From NCBI RefSeq assembly GCF_018977255.1, contig NW_024704742.1, forward strand, positions 12,154,001 through 12,218,000: a stretch of 64,000 nucleotides of DNA, written 5' to 3'. The notes under the pieces are model-generated. The model saw only the letters and a list, made by a program, of their open reading frames with translations, searched no databases and had not been told where the DNA came from. Both the position numbers and the translations under genes were made by a program. Below, one piece after another: positions 35,381 through 49,935 of the stretch; within the stretch, counting starts at the first letter, position 1; every line of letters begins with the position of its first letter. This DNA comes from Callorhinchus milii (Eukaryota).

Positions 35381-37060
35381 ATAGAATCATAGAATCATAG
35401 AATCGTACAGCACAAAAAGAGGCCATTTGGCCCATCGAGTCTGTGCCGGCTCTTTGAAAAGAGCAATGTCAATCCCACTCCCCAGCCCTTTCCCCATAAC
35501 CCTGCAAACCCGTCCTCCTCAAATACACGTCCAACGCATTTTTAAAAGTAGTTAACGAATCGGCCTCGACCACCCTTTCAGGCAATGCGTTCCAGATTCG
35601 TGCAACTCGCAGCGTGAAAAAATTTCTTCTCACCTCCCCTCTGCTTCTTTTAGAGACTATTTTGAATCTGTGACCTCAAGTCACCGACACACCCACCAGT
35701 GGAAACAGTTTTTTCCCTTTCTAACCTATCAAATCCCCTCACGTTTGAAGACCTCTATTAGGTCTCCTCAAAACCTTCTCTGCTCCAATGAGAATAATCC
35801 TCGCCTCTCAAGCCTTTCCTTGATTATGTGGTTCTCATTCCTGGTACCATCCTCGTAAATCTCTTCTGCACCCTTTCCAATGCCTTAACATCCTTCCTAT
35901 AGTGTGGTGCCCAGAACTGGGCGCAGTATTCTAACTGAGGCCTAACCAGTGCTTTATATAGGTTAATCATAACCTCCTGACTATTGTACTCTATGCCCCT
36001 AATTATAAAGCCTAGTATCCCATATGCCCTTTTTACAGCTTTATCTACCTGTCCTGGCACCTTCAAGGATTCACTTACCTGCACCCCCAGGTCTCTCTTT
36101 CCTTCACCCCCCCTTAAGATTGTATTACCAGCCTATATTGCCTCCCCTCATTCTTTCTACCAAAATGCATTACCTCACATTTCTCCACATTGAAATTCAT
36201 CTGCCATGTGTCTGCCCATTTTACCATTCTGTCTATGTCTTCCTGCAGTTGGCTACTAGCCTTCTCACTGTTTACTACCCTACCTAACTTTGTGACGTCC
36301 GCAAACTTGCAAATGCTACTTGCTGTACCCAAGTCCAGATCATTTATGTATATTAAGAAGAGCAGTGGTCCTAATACCGATCCCTGGGGAACGCCACTGT
36401 ATACTTCCCTCCGGTCAGAAAAGCAGCCGTTCACCACAACTCTCTGCTTTCTGTCTCCCAGCCAGTTCTGGATCCATGCTGCCACTATCCCTTTTATACC
36501 ATGGGCTTCTATCTTTCTTACAAGTCTATCTTGTGGCACTTTGTCAAATGCCTTTTGAAAGTCCATATAAACTACATCAACTGCACTACCTTTATCCACC
36601 CTCTCCGTTACCTCATCAAAAAATTCTTAGATTTGTTAGACAAGATTTGCCTTTAACAAATCCTTGCTGGCTGTCCCTAATTAACCCATATTCTTCTAAG
36701 TGAAGATTTATTCTGTCCCGGATTATAGTCTCCAGGAGTTTCCCCACTGCTGATGTTAGGCTGACTGGCCTGTGGTTCCCAGGTTTGTCCTTCTGTCCCT
36801 TTTTGTACAGAGGAGTCACATTGGACACTCTCCAGTCCTCTGGCACCACTCCTGTGTCCAACGAAGATTGAAAAATTGTAGCCAAAGCCTCCGCTATTTG
36901 TACCCGTGCCTTCCATAGTAACCTTGGCTGCATCCCGTCCTGACCGGGCGACTTATCCACCTTCAGCACTTTTCAGCACTTCCTCTCTGTTTATACTTGT
37001 CCTACCCATTTCCTCTACCCTTTCCTCCGATACTGCGGCATTTGGTGCTTCCACTTCTTT
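35381..37060 (-). mobile_element. 5'-truncated CR1 LINE (RT and 3' end)
   Basis: ORFs [35 protein letters not shown] and LYKALVRPQLEYC; (ATAGAATC)n tail. Confidence 0.94.
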
Positions 37061-37850
37061 ATATTATTGACTTAACTGCTTTTGAGTCAAATAATTAGTA
37101 GCAAAAAATTAAATATTTATTAGCAGAAATCTAAACTAAACCTGTTGATCTTAGTAAACAATTTGTATTGCACTTCAAATTCTGAGCAGAATTGTATTAC
37201 AGTATCAGGTCATGATAAATGAGGCATGAAATTAAAATAAAAGGACTAATAATTACTGCATTTGGTTTGAAAATACACACTCGGACTTGCCCCATTCAAA
37301 ATAATAATAATCCTTGCATTTGATTTAGCGCCTTATCACATCTTTGAGAATATACTGTAAAGTGAATGGACAGTATATTTTGTAGGTGAAAAAATTTCTG
37401 CAGGACCTTTAACAGCATGATAACACTATACAATTTGATTTTGTTAGTGAAATGGGGTCAGGAGAGAAAAAGTCAAACATCTCAGCTTTTACAAGACTTG
37501 GGAACCATCAAAGTGTGCACAATAACAGTGGTGATGTACTTTTATCATTCTGAAACCGACTGCATGACACAATAGATCAAAAAGATCCATCACACAAAGC
37601 GAGGGATGTTTGATTATCGCTGTACAATAATTATTTGCAAATGTTCAGTTCATACCCCTTTCATTTTACTCTGATTATCTGCATTTTGGTATTATTTAGT
37701 TTATTTAATTAGCCTACAAAATACTTTACTTGTACTTCACAGTAAACCAGCAAATGCTTTAAGACATTTTCCCGATGTGAAAGGCATTATATCAAATTAT
37801 TTATTATTTAAATAAACTGCTCTAATTTACCTCGGATTTCTAATAATACT

Positions 37851-38230
37851 AACAATAATCCTTACATTTGATAAAGCACCTTATCACATCTTCGAGACAT
37901 CTCAAAGCGTTTCACAGAATATACTGTAAAGTGAATTGACTGCATATTTTGTGGGCGAAAAGTGACAGCCAATTGCGCACAGCAGTGTCCCACAAACAGT
38001 CATGGATTGAATGACCAAATTACTGTTATTATTTTTTATTTTACTTTTGAAGGTATTTCCTCGGATAAGCGATCTGCCAATCGACTAACAACCAGGTTCC
38101 TACTTACTGCCCAGGTAAACAGAAGTGTGTGGAGTAAGGAAACTTGCCCAAAGTTTTACCCTGCCGGGAATCGAACCCAGGTCCCCTCGCTTACAAGGCA
38201 AGTGCTCTAACCACTGAGCTACAGGACTCC
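37851..38230 (-). mobile_element. tRNA-Ala SINE, long subfamily, full length
   Basis: Ends ...CCACTGAGCTACAGGACTCC; core and tail intact. Confidence 0.92.
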
Positions 38231-38534
38231 ACTCTTTTTTTGCCTTGCCTTTCTTTCCTGAATAGTTGTTGAGGTGCACCACTCAACTGACTAACTGGCT
38301 AACTTTTCTTCTCCTTAGTCCAGGAATACTGAGGTCAAGTATATTGTCCTTCCAATGTCCTGATTTTGGATAGCAGTAGGGAGCAGGTTTCTAAATTGGT
38401 CAGTACGCTCAATACAACACTACAATATTTACCCATTGACCCAGAAGCTATCCATGTGGCATTAATTATATAACTGTAGCAGTCCCATCTGTCAATTCAG
38501 CTGTTTATAAAATAGCCTTTTGTGAATGCCAGTA

Positions 38535-38760
38535 TTGGGCAAGTTTCCTTACTCCACACGCCTAATAATAATCCCTCCAAAAACAAAACAATAATAAATT
38601 GGTCTTTTCAATCCACGACTGTTTGTAGGGCACTGCTGTGTGCAATTGGCTATCGCGTTTCACCCACAATTCACTTTACAGTATATTCTGTGAAGTGCTT
38701 TGAGACATCTAGAAGATGTGAAAAGCACTATATCAAATGCAAGGATTATTATTATTATTA
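38535..38760 (+). mobile_element. tRNA-Ala SINE, short subfamily with older loop, 5'-truncated
   Basis: CACGCCT-AATAATAATCCCTCC junction; tail GAGACATCTAGAAGATGTGAAAAGC. Confidence 0.88.
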
Positions 38761-39514
38761 TCATTATTTCTATCCCTTTTGTATTGGGAGACAGGCAAGC
38801 AGATAAGACACAATTTCACTCTGCAGCTTTCTTATGATCATGATGTTTACGGCTCTTATTTTCGAATTCATCATGACTTCCTTCTCAAAACTTTATTCTT
38901 TGAAGTTCACTCATCTTAAGTTCTGTGCAATTTCTTCAAGAAACATAAGGAATCCATTTTGAATTATTTAGAACTGTTGAAAAATTAATTCTACAAGTGC
39001 TGGAGTTTCTCTTTTTCTTTTGTTTTGTTGGTGATGTGACTCTCAATCCTTCAACAGTAAAGGGATTTGCACTTGCATGTCATGGTATGCCAGGTTTAAT
39101 TTTTTTGCTGTGTTGCTGTGTAATGCTGTAAGGGAATTGAGACTGACCTTTACAGAATCATTATTGAGCGTAGTGCCGGGATGTTAACACTTTATTGGTG
39201 GGCTAGATAATGGAACAGGTTTTGGCTTCTGTGTGTTTCCTCCCCTCAGTCATGTTCCTCAATAGAGAATGTTTCTTCAGGCATCTAGGAAATCTATAGA
39301 TACCCTTACGTCTCTGTGAAGGCTTCTCATGACTTTTACACACATGTAAAACTGAATTGTAGAAGCATAACACACACATGCTGAACACACATCTCATTGA
39401 CACGAATTGTACCTAAATGTGCCAATGCTTTTGTGAAAATGTCATAATAAGTGAATTAATTGTGTTGAAATTGATGGGCCGTTCGCTGTGGTTTATGGAA
39501 TTCTATACCCCAGT

Positions 39515-39717
39515 AGGCTGTAGATGCTCACTCCTTGAACATATTCAAGACTGAGATTGATAGATTTCTAAAGGATAGAGGGATTAAGGGATATGGGGAT
39601 AAGGCCGGGCAGATGGAGTTGGGTTAGAAATCAGCCATGATCTTACTGAAAGGTGGGGCTGGCTCGAGGAGCCGAATGGCCTGCTCCTGCTCCTAATTCC
39701 TATGTTCCTATGTTCCC
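39515..39717 (+). mobile_element. CR1 3' end
   Basis: TTCAAGACTGAGATTGATAGATTT...CAGCCATGATC...(CCTATGTT)n. Confidence 0.88.
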
Positions 39718-40597
39718 TGGCGATGAAAGCAATGACCCTGAATTACTTGCTGTTGAGAAATTATTCCATTATTTCTTATTCTAAATTATTTCTTTCTGGA
39801 AGCAAACTAACAGTGCATTCAGAATATTACATTAAAAGGCTAAAGTATTTGTCCAAAACATGTTACATTCACAGAATAGTGACATTCATTTTGAATATTG
39901 AGGGAAAACATAATTCTAGTATTGAAATAGGACTGAATAATTAACAATATCATTTAAGGGTTCAGTGCTATATGGAGCACTATGATACTGAGGCATACAA
40001 GCAAGGAAACTCCCTGATGGCCACTATAACTCTTCATCTTTGTGTTCAGACCATAGTTTTAAGATGGTAAAAATATTTGGGATTTTTTTAAAATTTCATT
40101 ATTAATTCAAAATGTTTTTCTTTTTGGGGAAAAAAAACTGTGAAAAACCCACTCTTGAAAGTTCTACACACCCTTACATTTTGAGTCAATAGGATAAAAT
40201 GTGCAGTATTAAATACTGGAGATTCATGTGATCAATCTTTGATCATCTTGTTTTATTTTGAAACTTAACCGAGGACTGCTGAACAAAGATACCCATTACC
40301 AAACCCTGGAGCCCGATATCACTCATCCAGGCTCTGGAAACCTGTGGGTGGGTTGTGGGTTCAAGCCCCATTTCGGGACTTGGAAGCATATAGTCTAAAC
40401 TGACACTGGAATTTCTCCCGGTGTCCTGGCCAACAGCTCCCCAAATAAAATTTAACCCTCGATCCATAGTTGTTTTGGGGACACTGCTGTGCACAACTAG
40501 CTGTTGGATTTTGCTCACAAAATACGCAGTTACTCCACTTTATAGTATATTCTGTGAAGTGCTTTGAGACGTCTCAATGATGTGATTAGGCACTATA

Positions 40598-40943
40598 ATA
40601 ATAATAACAATAATAATAATAATAATAATAATAATAATCCTTGCATTTGATATAGCGCTTTTCACGTCGGGAGGACGTCCCAAAGCGCTTCACAGAACAC
40701 ACTGTAAAGTGAATTGACTGTATATTTGTGGGCGAACGCGGCAGCCAATTGCGCACAGCAATGTCCCATAAACAGTTGTAGATTGAAAATAACTGATTTA
40801 GTATTGTTTTTGGTTTTTGGAGGGATTATTATTATTAGGTGTGTGGAGTAAGGAAACTTGCCGAAGGTTTCGCCCTGCCTGGAATTGAACTCAAGTCTCT
40901 CGCTTGCAAAGTGAGTGCTATAACCACTGAGCTACAGGACTCC
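40598..40943 (-). mobile_element. Young short SINE nested in the tail of a plus-strand SINE (host about 40330-40970); TSD (C)ACTATA
   Basis: CACTATA at 40591-40597 and 40943-40949; host tail GGCACTATA|TCAAATG rejoins. Confidence 0.93.
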
Positions 40944-41434
40944 ACTATATCAAATGGAGGAATATTATTATTAAACCTCAAGTTTACTCCTCACAGTTGC
41001 AGGGAGAAATCACAAAGTTGATTGGGTGCATTCACTGTATGTAAAGAATATAATGTAACTGACTTTTTTAGAATTAATTTAAATGCAAATTCAAAACGAC
41101 TGTAATAGCCACATGAGGAAAGAACAAAAAATAATATCCCTCCAGTGATGTTGAGTTGCAGGCAGCTATCAGGAATGTGAAAGTCACTTGTAAGTTACAG
41201 GTTTCTAACAATTGTGCTGATCTGGTGAAAGTCATTCACGTATTAAGGAGAGATTGAAAGTTATTCCTTTCCATGCCTTTATGCTAACATCTAATTTGAT
41301 TTAAAATGACCTAGTTATAAATGCAAGTTGTTGTTGACCTAGTTGTCTGAACTGTCAAATTAGAATTGCTGAAGAAAATCATTTCACATCCATCCCTCAG
41401 CATAAAGGTGATTTATGTCATCTATATGTATAAT

Positions 41435-42062
41435 AATATTAATCCTTGCATTTGATATAGCACCTTATCCACATCTTCAAGACATCTCAGAGCACTGTAA
41501 AGTGAATTGACATTATTTTGTGGGCGAAACGTGGCAGCCAATTGCGCACAGCAGTGTCCCACAAACTGTTGTGGATTGAAGTGATTAATTTATTATTATT
41601 TAAAGGAATCATTATACCCAGAAAAGCGATCCGCCAATCGACTAACAACCAGGTTCCTACTTACCGTTAGGTAAACAGAGGCGTGTGGAGTAAGGAAACT
41701 TGGAGTCCTGTAGCTCAGTGGTTAGAGCACTCGCTTTGCAAGCGAGAGACCTGAGTTCAATTCCAGGCAGGGCGAAACCTTGAGCAAGTTTCCTTACTCC
41801 ACACAGAGCCTAATAATCCTCCAAAAAACAATAATAAATTGTTCATTTTCAATCTACGACTGTTTGTGGGACATTGCTGTGCGCAATTGGCTGCCGCGTT
41901 CGCCCACAAATATACAGTCAATTCACTTTACAGTGTGTTCTGTGAAGCGCTTTGGGACGTCCTCCCGACGTGAAAAGCGCTATATCAAATGCAAGAATTA
42001 TTATTATTATTATTATTATTGCCCAACATTTCGCCCTGCCAGGAATCAAACTCAGGTCTCTC
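41435..42062 (-). mobile_element. Long SINE split by a young plus-strand short SINE (41702-42019)
   Basis: Host GGAAACTT|GCCCAA rejoins across the insert; insert has full head and CTCCC-loop tail. Confidence 0.92.
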
Positions 42063-43689
42063 TTAGCATGTGTCATGGTAGTGGATAGAGAAGGAAAGAT
42101 GAATTCTTTGGACCACTTGAATGTTTAGATTTAAAAATAAGCATATTGAAATGTTCCAAGATTTCATAATCTGTGGTTAAAGTTCTCTTTGTTCTCCCTC
42201 AGTGATGTTTTAACCAGCTTAGCTCACCCAGCAGCAAAGCTCACCTTGAAAATTGCAGAAGATTCCTAATTCCCTTTTTCGTTTGATAATCACGCTTATA
42301 AAGACAATGGCAACACCAGCAATTCAGAACCATCCAATTTTTGTAAATGGTAACTGAGTTAAATCTCTGAATCTCTGATTTGCTAATGAGGATTGCAAAG
42401 GGTGAGAGTAAAAAACAGAACAAAATGTACTTCGGATCATAATGCTGCAGTGTTAAGATCAAGTATTTTCAGTATTCTCAAGTGACCAATATCAAAAAAA
42501 AGGTAACTCAAACCAAACTGGTAGTGTCAGCTGGTTTTCCTCTGGCAAATATTGATTTATTTGATATGTCCATATATTGCTTTGTGAGCAATTTAGCAAA
42601 GGTCCAGGGTTAGCTCATCCATTTCAATCTATTTCAATTTCAGTGCTTCAAGTTGTCAAGGTCAATTCATCAGGCTCTTCCCTGTATAAGAAGACAATGA
42701 TACCACTTTCCCTAGCCCATAAAATAAGGATTTTTTTTACAAAATGTTTAATATTATGCTCACTAGCCCGGTTAACAGCTGTCAATTCATAACCACATTC
42801 TGTAAAGAAATTGTCAAAGGTCATGAAGTTCAGTTTTGATAAACTTGTTTCTATTTTACAGCAAATGCTCAACAGCAAAGTCACCTCATCAACATGATGA
42901 CTGGGAGAAGGGGGAGTGGGGGTGTGAACATATTTATTTTTGTTGACTGTGTGAAATGATTGAATGCTACACATTTTCACTTAATGTCAGCTGAACAGTA
43001 ACAGATACTGTAATCAGAATAATTAGTAATGTTAGCGTTTAAAAGTGGACAATTTTACAGTCTAGTTGAACCAATTTAAAAACAAATGGGAAAATGTTAT
43101 CTTTAATTTAACTGAAAGCAAATTTTGCATTAGTTACGATCAAAACCGTAATCTGAACAACACTGAGGGCACCAAAGGAGGAAATACTGTATGAGTTTCT
43201 AAGCTGTGAAAAATTGCCTTTAGTATTGTTCTCTTTTCTCCCCTCCTTTCCATCCTTGATTCATGCTGGGATGCAGATCTGAAGGCAGAGGAAGCCAATG
43301 AGCATTCAATTGGCTAAGCCTCGAGAATGAGAATCAGCAGACAACTCAACCATGAACAGCAACACAGGTGAGCTTGATCCTGTCTTAACCTAATGTCCAC
43401 TTGAATCTCTCCCTCACCTCTTTCAAGACGCGTCTCAAAAACATACTTCTTTGACTACATTTCACTGGTCATCTTTCCTCTTCCACCCACCTCAGCTCCT
43501 ACCCCAGCTTAGGTGGCCATCCAGCATTCTGAATGCACCTTGGACATTCTCCTGACATGAAAAGCGCAATATCAATGATCACTTATTGTACATGTACTAC
43601 TCAGAAGCTAAAGCTAACTCAGGACGTAGTAGGAGTTGAACCTGAAAACCCCCTCCCGGACAATATAGTTCAATACCATTAAAAAAATC

Positions 43690-44025
43690 CTTATAGCGCC
43701 TTATCACATCTTTGAGACATCTCAAAGCACTTCACAGAATATACCGTAAAGTGAATTAACTGTATATTTTGTGGGCGAAACGCAGCAGACAATTGCGCAA
43801 AGCAGGGTCCCCCAAATAGTTGTGGATTGAGTGACCAAAGTATTTTAATTTTTTTGAAGGCATTACCACCACCGATCGACTAACAACCGGGTTCCTACTT
43901 GCTGCTAGGTAAACAGAGGTGGGTGGAGTAAGGAAACGTGCCTAAATTTTCGCCCTGCCCAGAATCGAATCCAGGTCCTTTCGCTTGCAAGGCAAGTGCT
44001 CTAACTACTGAGCTACAGGACTTCA
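43690..44025 (-). mobile_element. tRNA-Ala SINE, long subfamily
   Basis: Tail, core and head (...CTGAGCTACAGGAC). Confidence 0.9.
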
Positions 44026-45009
44026 CAAAGATATAAATCAGTACAAGATCCTCTTATCTCTTAAAGAAGAAACTTCAAATTAATACACTTTGAATAATTC
44101 TAAAAACTGAAGGTGACATTTATTGTATTCCCTCTTTGTGTCCCTCTCTCATCTTTCTGTAGGATCTGGGAAAGCAGTGATGTCTTTTTACTACACGATC
44201 ATTTCACTAACCCAATACCTTCCAGATACTTGGAGGTTAAGATATTCCCATCAACCTGACAAACACAATCTAGGCATGATCATCAATTCCTTCAAGACAG
44301 GGTTCCTTGACCTGTAAAAAGAGAATGTGAAAGAGTGACAGGTAGCTTGTTTAACTTGGGAGTTTTACCATTGATGATATTCAGTTTGTCATGTATCGTA
44401 ATCCGAGAGTCAAAGATGGACTCCTGTCTTTGGTGTAAGTACGGTAAGTAAAAAAAATTGTTGAAAGCTGCATTATGGCAGAGCTGTGAGAAATGCTATC
44501 CTTCAGTAAATATATCAGTCAATGGGAAAGCATTATTTCATTCATTAAGACCACTTAACAAGCACAACCGATATAATTGTAGAATGAGACAATACAGATG
44601 TTCAGGAACACTTGCTAGAGAGCATTGATGGTTTTGCCTAGCTGCATATTGTGTTTATAAATGAACTCAAGCCCCGGGTACAATGCCTTTTTGAAAGCAT
44701 CAAATTATATGTTGCTTCACAACAGTACCGGGTATCATGTGAACAGTGTGCAGTGCCTGATTCAGAAACTAATAGAAACAGGAAATGAAGCCAATTTAAA
44801 ATGTAATGCATATTTTAAAGCAGTTAAACAACAAAATTATGCCATCGTACTGATCATTTCAAAATCACAATTGTATTGTTATAAATAGTGAATACAACAA
44901 CAACAACAACAAAATTACATTTGTAAAGCGCCTTTTACGTCAGGAGGATGTCCCAAAGTACTGTTAAATGTAAGAATAACAAAATTCAAAAACCATTATA
45001 CATTGCAAT

Positions 45010-46511
45010 GATCCTGTAAATTCAATGGTAAGAGCACATGGCTCGCAAGTGAGAGATCTGGGTTTGATTCCTGGAAGGCCAAAAAGTTGGACAAGTTTCC
45101 TTACTCCATACACCTCTGTTTATCTAGCGGCAAGTAGGAATCCAGTCATTAGTCGATTGGTTTTTTAATCGCTTTTCCAGAGGTAATAATTTCTTCAAAA
45201 AAAATATTAAATTGGTCACTCAATCCACTCAATCACTCAATTCTGTTTGTGGGACACTACTGTACACAACTGGCTGCCGTGCTTTGCCAAGAAAATATAC
45301 AGTCAATTCACTTGACTATATGCTCCCCCTTGGTGACATCATCCGCAGACATGGAGTTAACTTCCACATGTATGCGGATGATAACCAACTCTACCTTTCC
45401 TCCTCTACTCTCAACTCCACGACCACCGATGTCCTGACAGCTGCCTGTCCGACATCGAGTCCTGGACGAGAGACAACTTTCTTCAGCTCAACGTGCGAAA
45501 AACCGAGGCCCTCCTGATTGGCTCACGTCAGCGCCTCCGCACCTCAGGCGCTGACACCATCAGCATCCAAGGCTGCACTCTCCACCTCTCAAAGCCATCA
45601 GGAACCTCGGCGTTTTGTTCGACCCTGAGCTGTCCTTTCTCCCTCACATCCGCACCACAACTGGCACCGCCTTCCATCACCTCCGGAACATCGCCAGACT
45701 ACGGCACTACCTCACCCCTCACGCTGCTGAAACCCTGGTTCACGCCTTTGTCACCTCAAGGCTGGACTATGGGAACTCTCTCCTCGCCGGCCTTCCCGCC
45801 ACCTCCCTCCACAAGCTGCAGGTCATTCAGAACTCTGCAGCTCGTGTACTGTCCCGCACCAGGCTTCGGGACCACATCACTCCCACCCTCGCTCGCCTCC
45901 ACTGGCTCCCCATCCCCCAGAGGATTGATTTCAAGATCCTCATCCTCACCTACAAGGCCATTCACGGCCTCGCTCCCTCCTACCTCTCCAACCTACTATC
46001 CCCTACCTACCTGCCCGTACCCTCCGTTCCTCCGGCTCCGGTCTGCTCCACGTCCCCCACCCCAACCGCCCTACCATCGGTGGTCGGGCCTTCAGCCTCT
46101 CAGCCCCCAGGCTCTGGAACTCTATCCCCCAGTGCCTTCGCCGCCTCCTCCCTTTCCTCCTTCAAGGCTGGTCTCAAAACCTTCCTCTTTGACCGTGCCT
46201 TCAGCTCCTCTCTCGACTCTCTTCCCCCTCCTCGCTCCCTCCCTTCCCTCCCCTCACCCTGACCATTTCCCCCCTGCTCGGGTCATGACCCAACTGTGCA
46301 GCGCCTTGGGACGTCCTCCTGACGTGAAAGGCGCTTTATAAATGGAATCTTGTTGTTGTTGTTGTTGACAGTCTAATTAAATGCTCCGAGACGCTGCCCG
46401 GCGTGGAGGGCACCATATAAATGAAAGTTGTTGTTGTTATTCTGTGAAGTGCTTTGAGACATCTCAAAGACGTGCTACGGCACTATATCAAATGCAAGGA
46501 TTATTATTATA
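45010..46511 (+). mobile_element. Long SINE split by an L2 and a short L2-type tail (pieces about 45010-45313 and 46438-46511)
   Basis: AGTCAATTCACTT|...|TATTCTGTGAAGTGC rejoins. Confidence 0.85.
45316..46367 (+). mobile_element. Young 5'-truncated L2 LINE
   Basis: [13 protein letters not shown] and HAFVTSRLDYGN; near-identical to the 23.1 and 27.0 kb copies; (TTG)n tail. Confidence 0.96.
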
Positions 46512-48469
46512 TCCATTATGTAAAGCTTATTAAGCACCCAATGCAGAAACTAGCCTGTATTTCAATCATACTGTAGTTAAATTAATACAATTGAAATACA
46601 ACAAGGATATTTGCATGTTTTGATCAGTTTAAAATGTCCTCTCTGATGATGCCTTGGGAAATGATGCTCAGCTAAAGAGCAATTGAACAGTAGCAGGTTG
46701 CCTATCTGTCAGTCAGGGGATAGAATAGAGATTCTAAAAATAGGGAAATATGTGTGGAAAGACACTATCGTTTATAATTGGCAAATTAGCAGCTTTTCAT
46801 AACTTTTAAAATAGTTCAATTGAATGCTTTATGAAATGCCACTCATTTACCCTTACATTTTACTTTACAATATTCAGGAATTTATAGGGAACAATTTCAA
46901 AAAAGATATTACATGAAAGAAAATCTATTTAACTTGTTGAAAAGGGTTTCCAGGATTCAAAGAGAGATAATCTTGACATTATATAATGGAGAATTATGTT
47001 TAACTTTGATGTAAAGTAATTCAGTTTCCAGTGGAAGCGACTACTTCAATACTGGCAACAAAAAATCTATTTGAAGGAGGTGCATATGCTATATAGAGCT
47101 AACCATTGACTTGCATTAAATCTTTGTCATTAATCATTAATGATCGTAGCATCTCTTTGCGTTGTTAGGAAAGATTCAGTCATTAGTGTTGATATGTGTG
47201 TTCTGTATCCTATGACAACACCGATAGTTTACTGGAAGGAAAGCAGGTGTAAAAATATGCAAGTATTTTAAAAGAATGGCTTTAAACTTATTCATGTTTC
47301 ATTTGCATGGTTTGTAGGTTCACATTTGGTAAGGTGGCAGAGGATTGTTGGTGCCTGTGAAAAACTCCTCCATTTTCACAGGAAACAAAAGGGCAAAAAT
47401 AAATTGTACCCTATTTGATACTTAGTTCAAAAATTCCACAAATTTGTAATTTGGGAGGCTACCCCGCGTGAAGGGTGCTATATAAATGCAAGTTGTTTTT
47501 GTTGCTTTTTGACAAATGACTAGGGTTTCTGCATACATATAGTAAGAAAATTGCTTCAATCCCAATAAACAGACAAGTCAAAATATGCAATACTAATGGG
47601 CTGCCGTTAGGGTGTAAGCATTGGGAATGGTGTCTATCCAGGTAATTCATATTCTATACTTGTGGAAACTCTTAATTTAGAGCAGTTATCTGACCTCTAT
47701 CTTTACCCAAATGGAGAGTTATTTTGTGTCAAATTTTAGTCCTTACCAAAATTCAAAAATTACACAGCAAATGATGATTTCTACATCAACTCTTTCGGAG
47801 TGGACAAGATATGCCAGCCCGAATCACAGCAACCTGCAGGCTTTTCATCTCTATAAATTCTCTCTCCCAGGTTCCACAGAAACGCCTGCAGTTTTTTTTT
47901 ATCCAGCTTATTATAATTTCTTTTTTTTCATACGGGTTTAATTCATAGTTTTCGCTTCAAACTTTTTTTAGTGAATTAACTTCTCATAGGTCAACTCTTT
48001 TTACTTAGTTGTTAAATTGTCATTCTACTTCCATTTACGGTACATCTGCTCTCATCATTTGAAAACCATAGCTAATTAATTTAAGAGAAAGTGCTACAAA
48101 TCTAATGTTGGTTGATAAGAATCACACAACTGTAGGTGGACGTAAGAAATGTATTAATTTATAAATCATGTTTGAGTGCAAAATGCAATGCAATTTGAAA
48201 CACTACAGAAGAAATTCAGCATAATAAAATGACAGATCTGTGTGCCATCTCTTCCTTTGTAATATTTATGTATACCAGTAGAGGACTCTGTCATCGGGTT
48301 TCTTTTGCAAACTGCTTCACTGCTTATCGGCAAATCTTCACTACATTTATTACCTACATTTGTTAAATGTAGCTTAAAAATTTCCAGCGCATAGGTTGTT
48401 GTACCTCACCCACACTGGGTGCACTCTATCCACCCAAAAAATAGTTGAGATGTTTTTATTTGGTGGTAA

Positions 48470-48710
48470 AGGGAATTGACGGAGTGGCGAGGAGAGTTTC
48501 TTATAGTTGCAGAATCCAGAACAAGATGGCATAATCTAGAAAATAGAGCTAGACCCTGTTAGTAGTGAAATCAGAAGACATTTCTTTACTCAGAGAGTTG
48601 TGAGATTATAGAATTCACTCCCACAAAAGGACTGTTGATGCAGAGTCAGTGGGAATGTCTGAGAGGGAATTGATAAATATTTGGCTAGTAAGGGGTAGAA
48701 TATGGAAAAT
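48470..48710 (+). mobile_element. Old CR1 3' fragment
   Basis: TCCAGAACAAGATGGCATAATCTAG...TTCTTTACTCAGAGAGTTGTGAG...CCACAAAAGGACTGTTGATGC. Confidence 0.7.
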
Positions 48711-48989
48711 GCTTACCCCCAGGGATAAAATTTTGCCCTCCCAACTGCTGCCCAGGCCCCCCCATCCTCTTCCCATAGCTGAAAATGAGTGATTTACTAC
48801 CCCACCCACCGCCAACCAATGTTTCTTACAATGATTAAGCCTACGAAACTCTATTGAAGCCCTCATAAATTATGTATTCAATGTCATATTTGCTGAACAA
48901 GCATTTTCCTTAATGCAGAAAAATGTGATTGGAATAATCTAATTTCAACGATTTTGGAAGTGGCAAAACAAGGGAGAAAAATGAAAAAG

Positions 48990-49260
48990 CCAAGTTTCCT
49001 TACTCCACATGCCTCTGTTTATCCAGCAGTAAGTAGAAACCCAGTTGATTGGCGTGTCACTTTTCCGAGGGTAATAATTCCTTAAAAAAAATTGGTTACT
49101 TCAATCCATGGCTGTTTGTGGGACACTGTTGTGCGCAATTGGCTGCCGTGTTTCTCCCACAAAATATACAGTCAATTCACGTTACAGTATATTCTGTGAA
49201 GTGCTTTGAGACTTCTCAACGACGTGATAAGGTGCTATATCAAATGCAAGGATTATTATT
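48990..49260 (+). mobile_element. tRNA-Ala SINE, long subfamily, 5'-truncated
   Basis: Core and tail motifs as in other copies. Confidence 0.87.
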
Positions 49261-49674
49261 CATTTATTTTATGATGTATTATCTGCATTGTTATTTCCAA
49301 GCTATCTTCTGCAAGAATAAAGTAATGTTACAGTGACAATCTGGCAAGTATAACTTATCATCCCAAAAAGGTCAAATTATTGTATTCTGCCAGTTCTGAT
49401 GTCGAAAATCCATTGTCTTGTTGAACATGCAAATTCAAACACTCCATCAAAAAGTCAAAGAATCTCTCTCTCCTGCCAAATATAACAAATGAATAATAAT
49501 AATAAATAATCTTACACTTGTTACAGAAAGCACAAATATTTCCTTTTTGGACAAAAAGTACTCTGTGTATACTCTTGCAGTCTTGTTTTATTTGTGTATT
49601 ACAGGAATTTTCAATGCTAGCAAAATATTCAATTACAAAATATTTTTCATTATGGTGCAATAGACGTTTTTAAT

Positions 49675-49935
49675 AGTGAGAGAACTGGATTTGATTCCCG
49701 GCAGGGTGAAACTTAGGCAAGTTTCCTTACTCCACATGCCTGATAATAATCCCTCAAGCAAAGAACAACAATAATAATGTGTTTATTTCAATCCACGACT
49801 GTGGGACACAATTGGCTGCCGCATTTCGCCCACAAAATATACAGTCAATTCACGTGACAGTATATTCTGTGTAGCTCTTTGAGACATCTTGAAGATGTGA
49901 TAAGGTGCTATATCAAATGCAAGGATTGCTATTAT
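49675..49935 (+). mobile_element. tRNA-Ala SINE, short type
   Basis: CATGCCT-GATAATAATCCC junction; older tail. Confidence 0.85.

Noticed and set aside
44163..44311. Overlapping exon-like signals on both strands
   Set aside because: The minus segment has stops in all frames and the plus segment has a weak donor and no partner exons.
49358..49472. Possible terminal exon RERFFDFLMECLNLHVQQDNGFSTSELAEYNNLTFLG* on the minus strand
   Set aside because: Acceptor is plausible and the phase would fit 58490 or 54746, but there is no homology or independent support.
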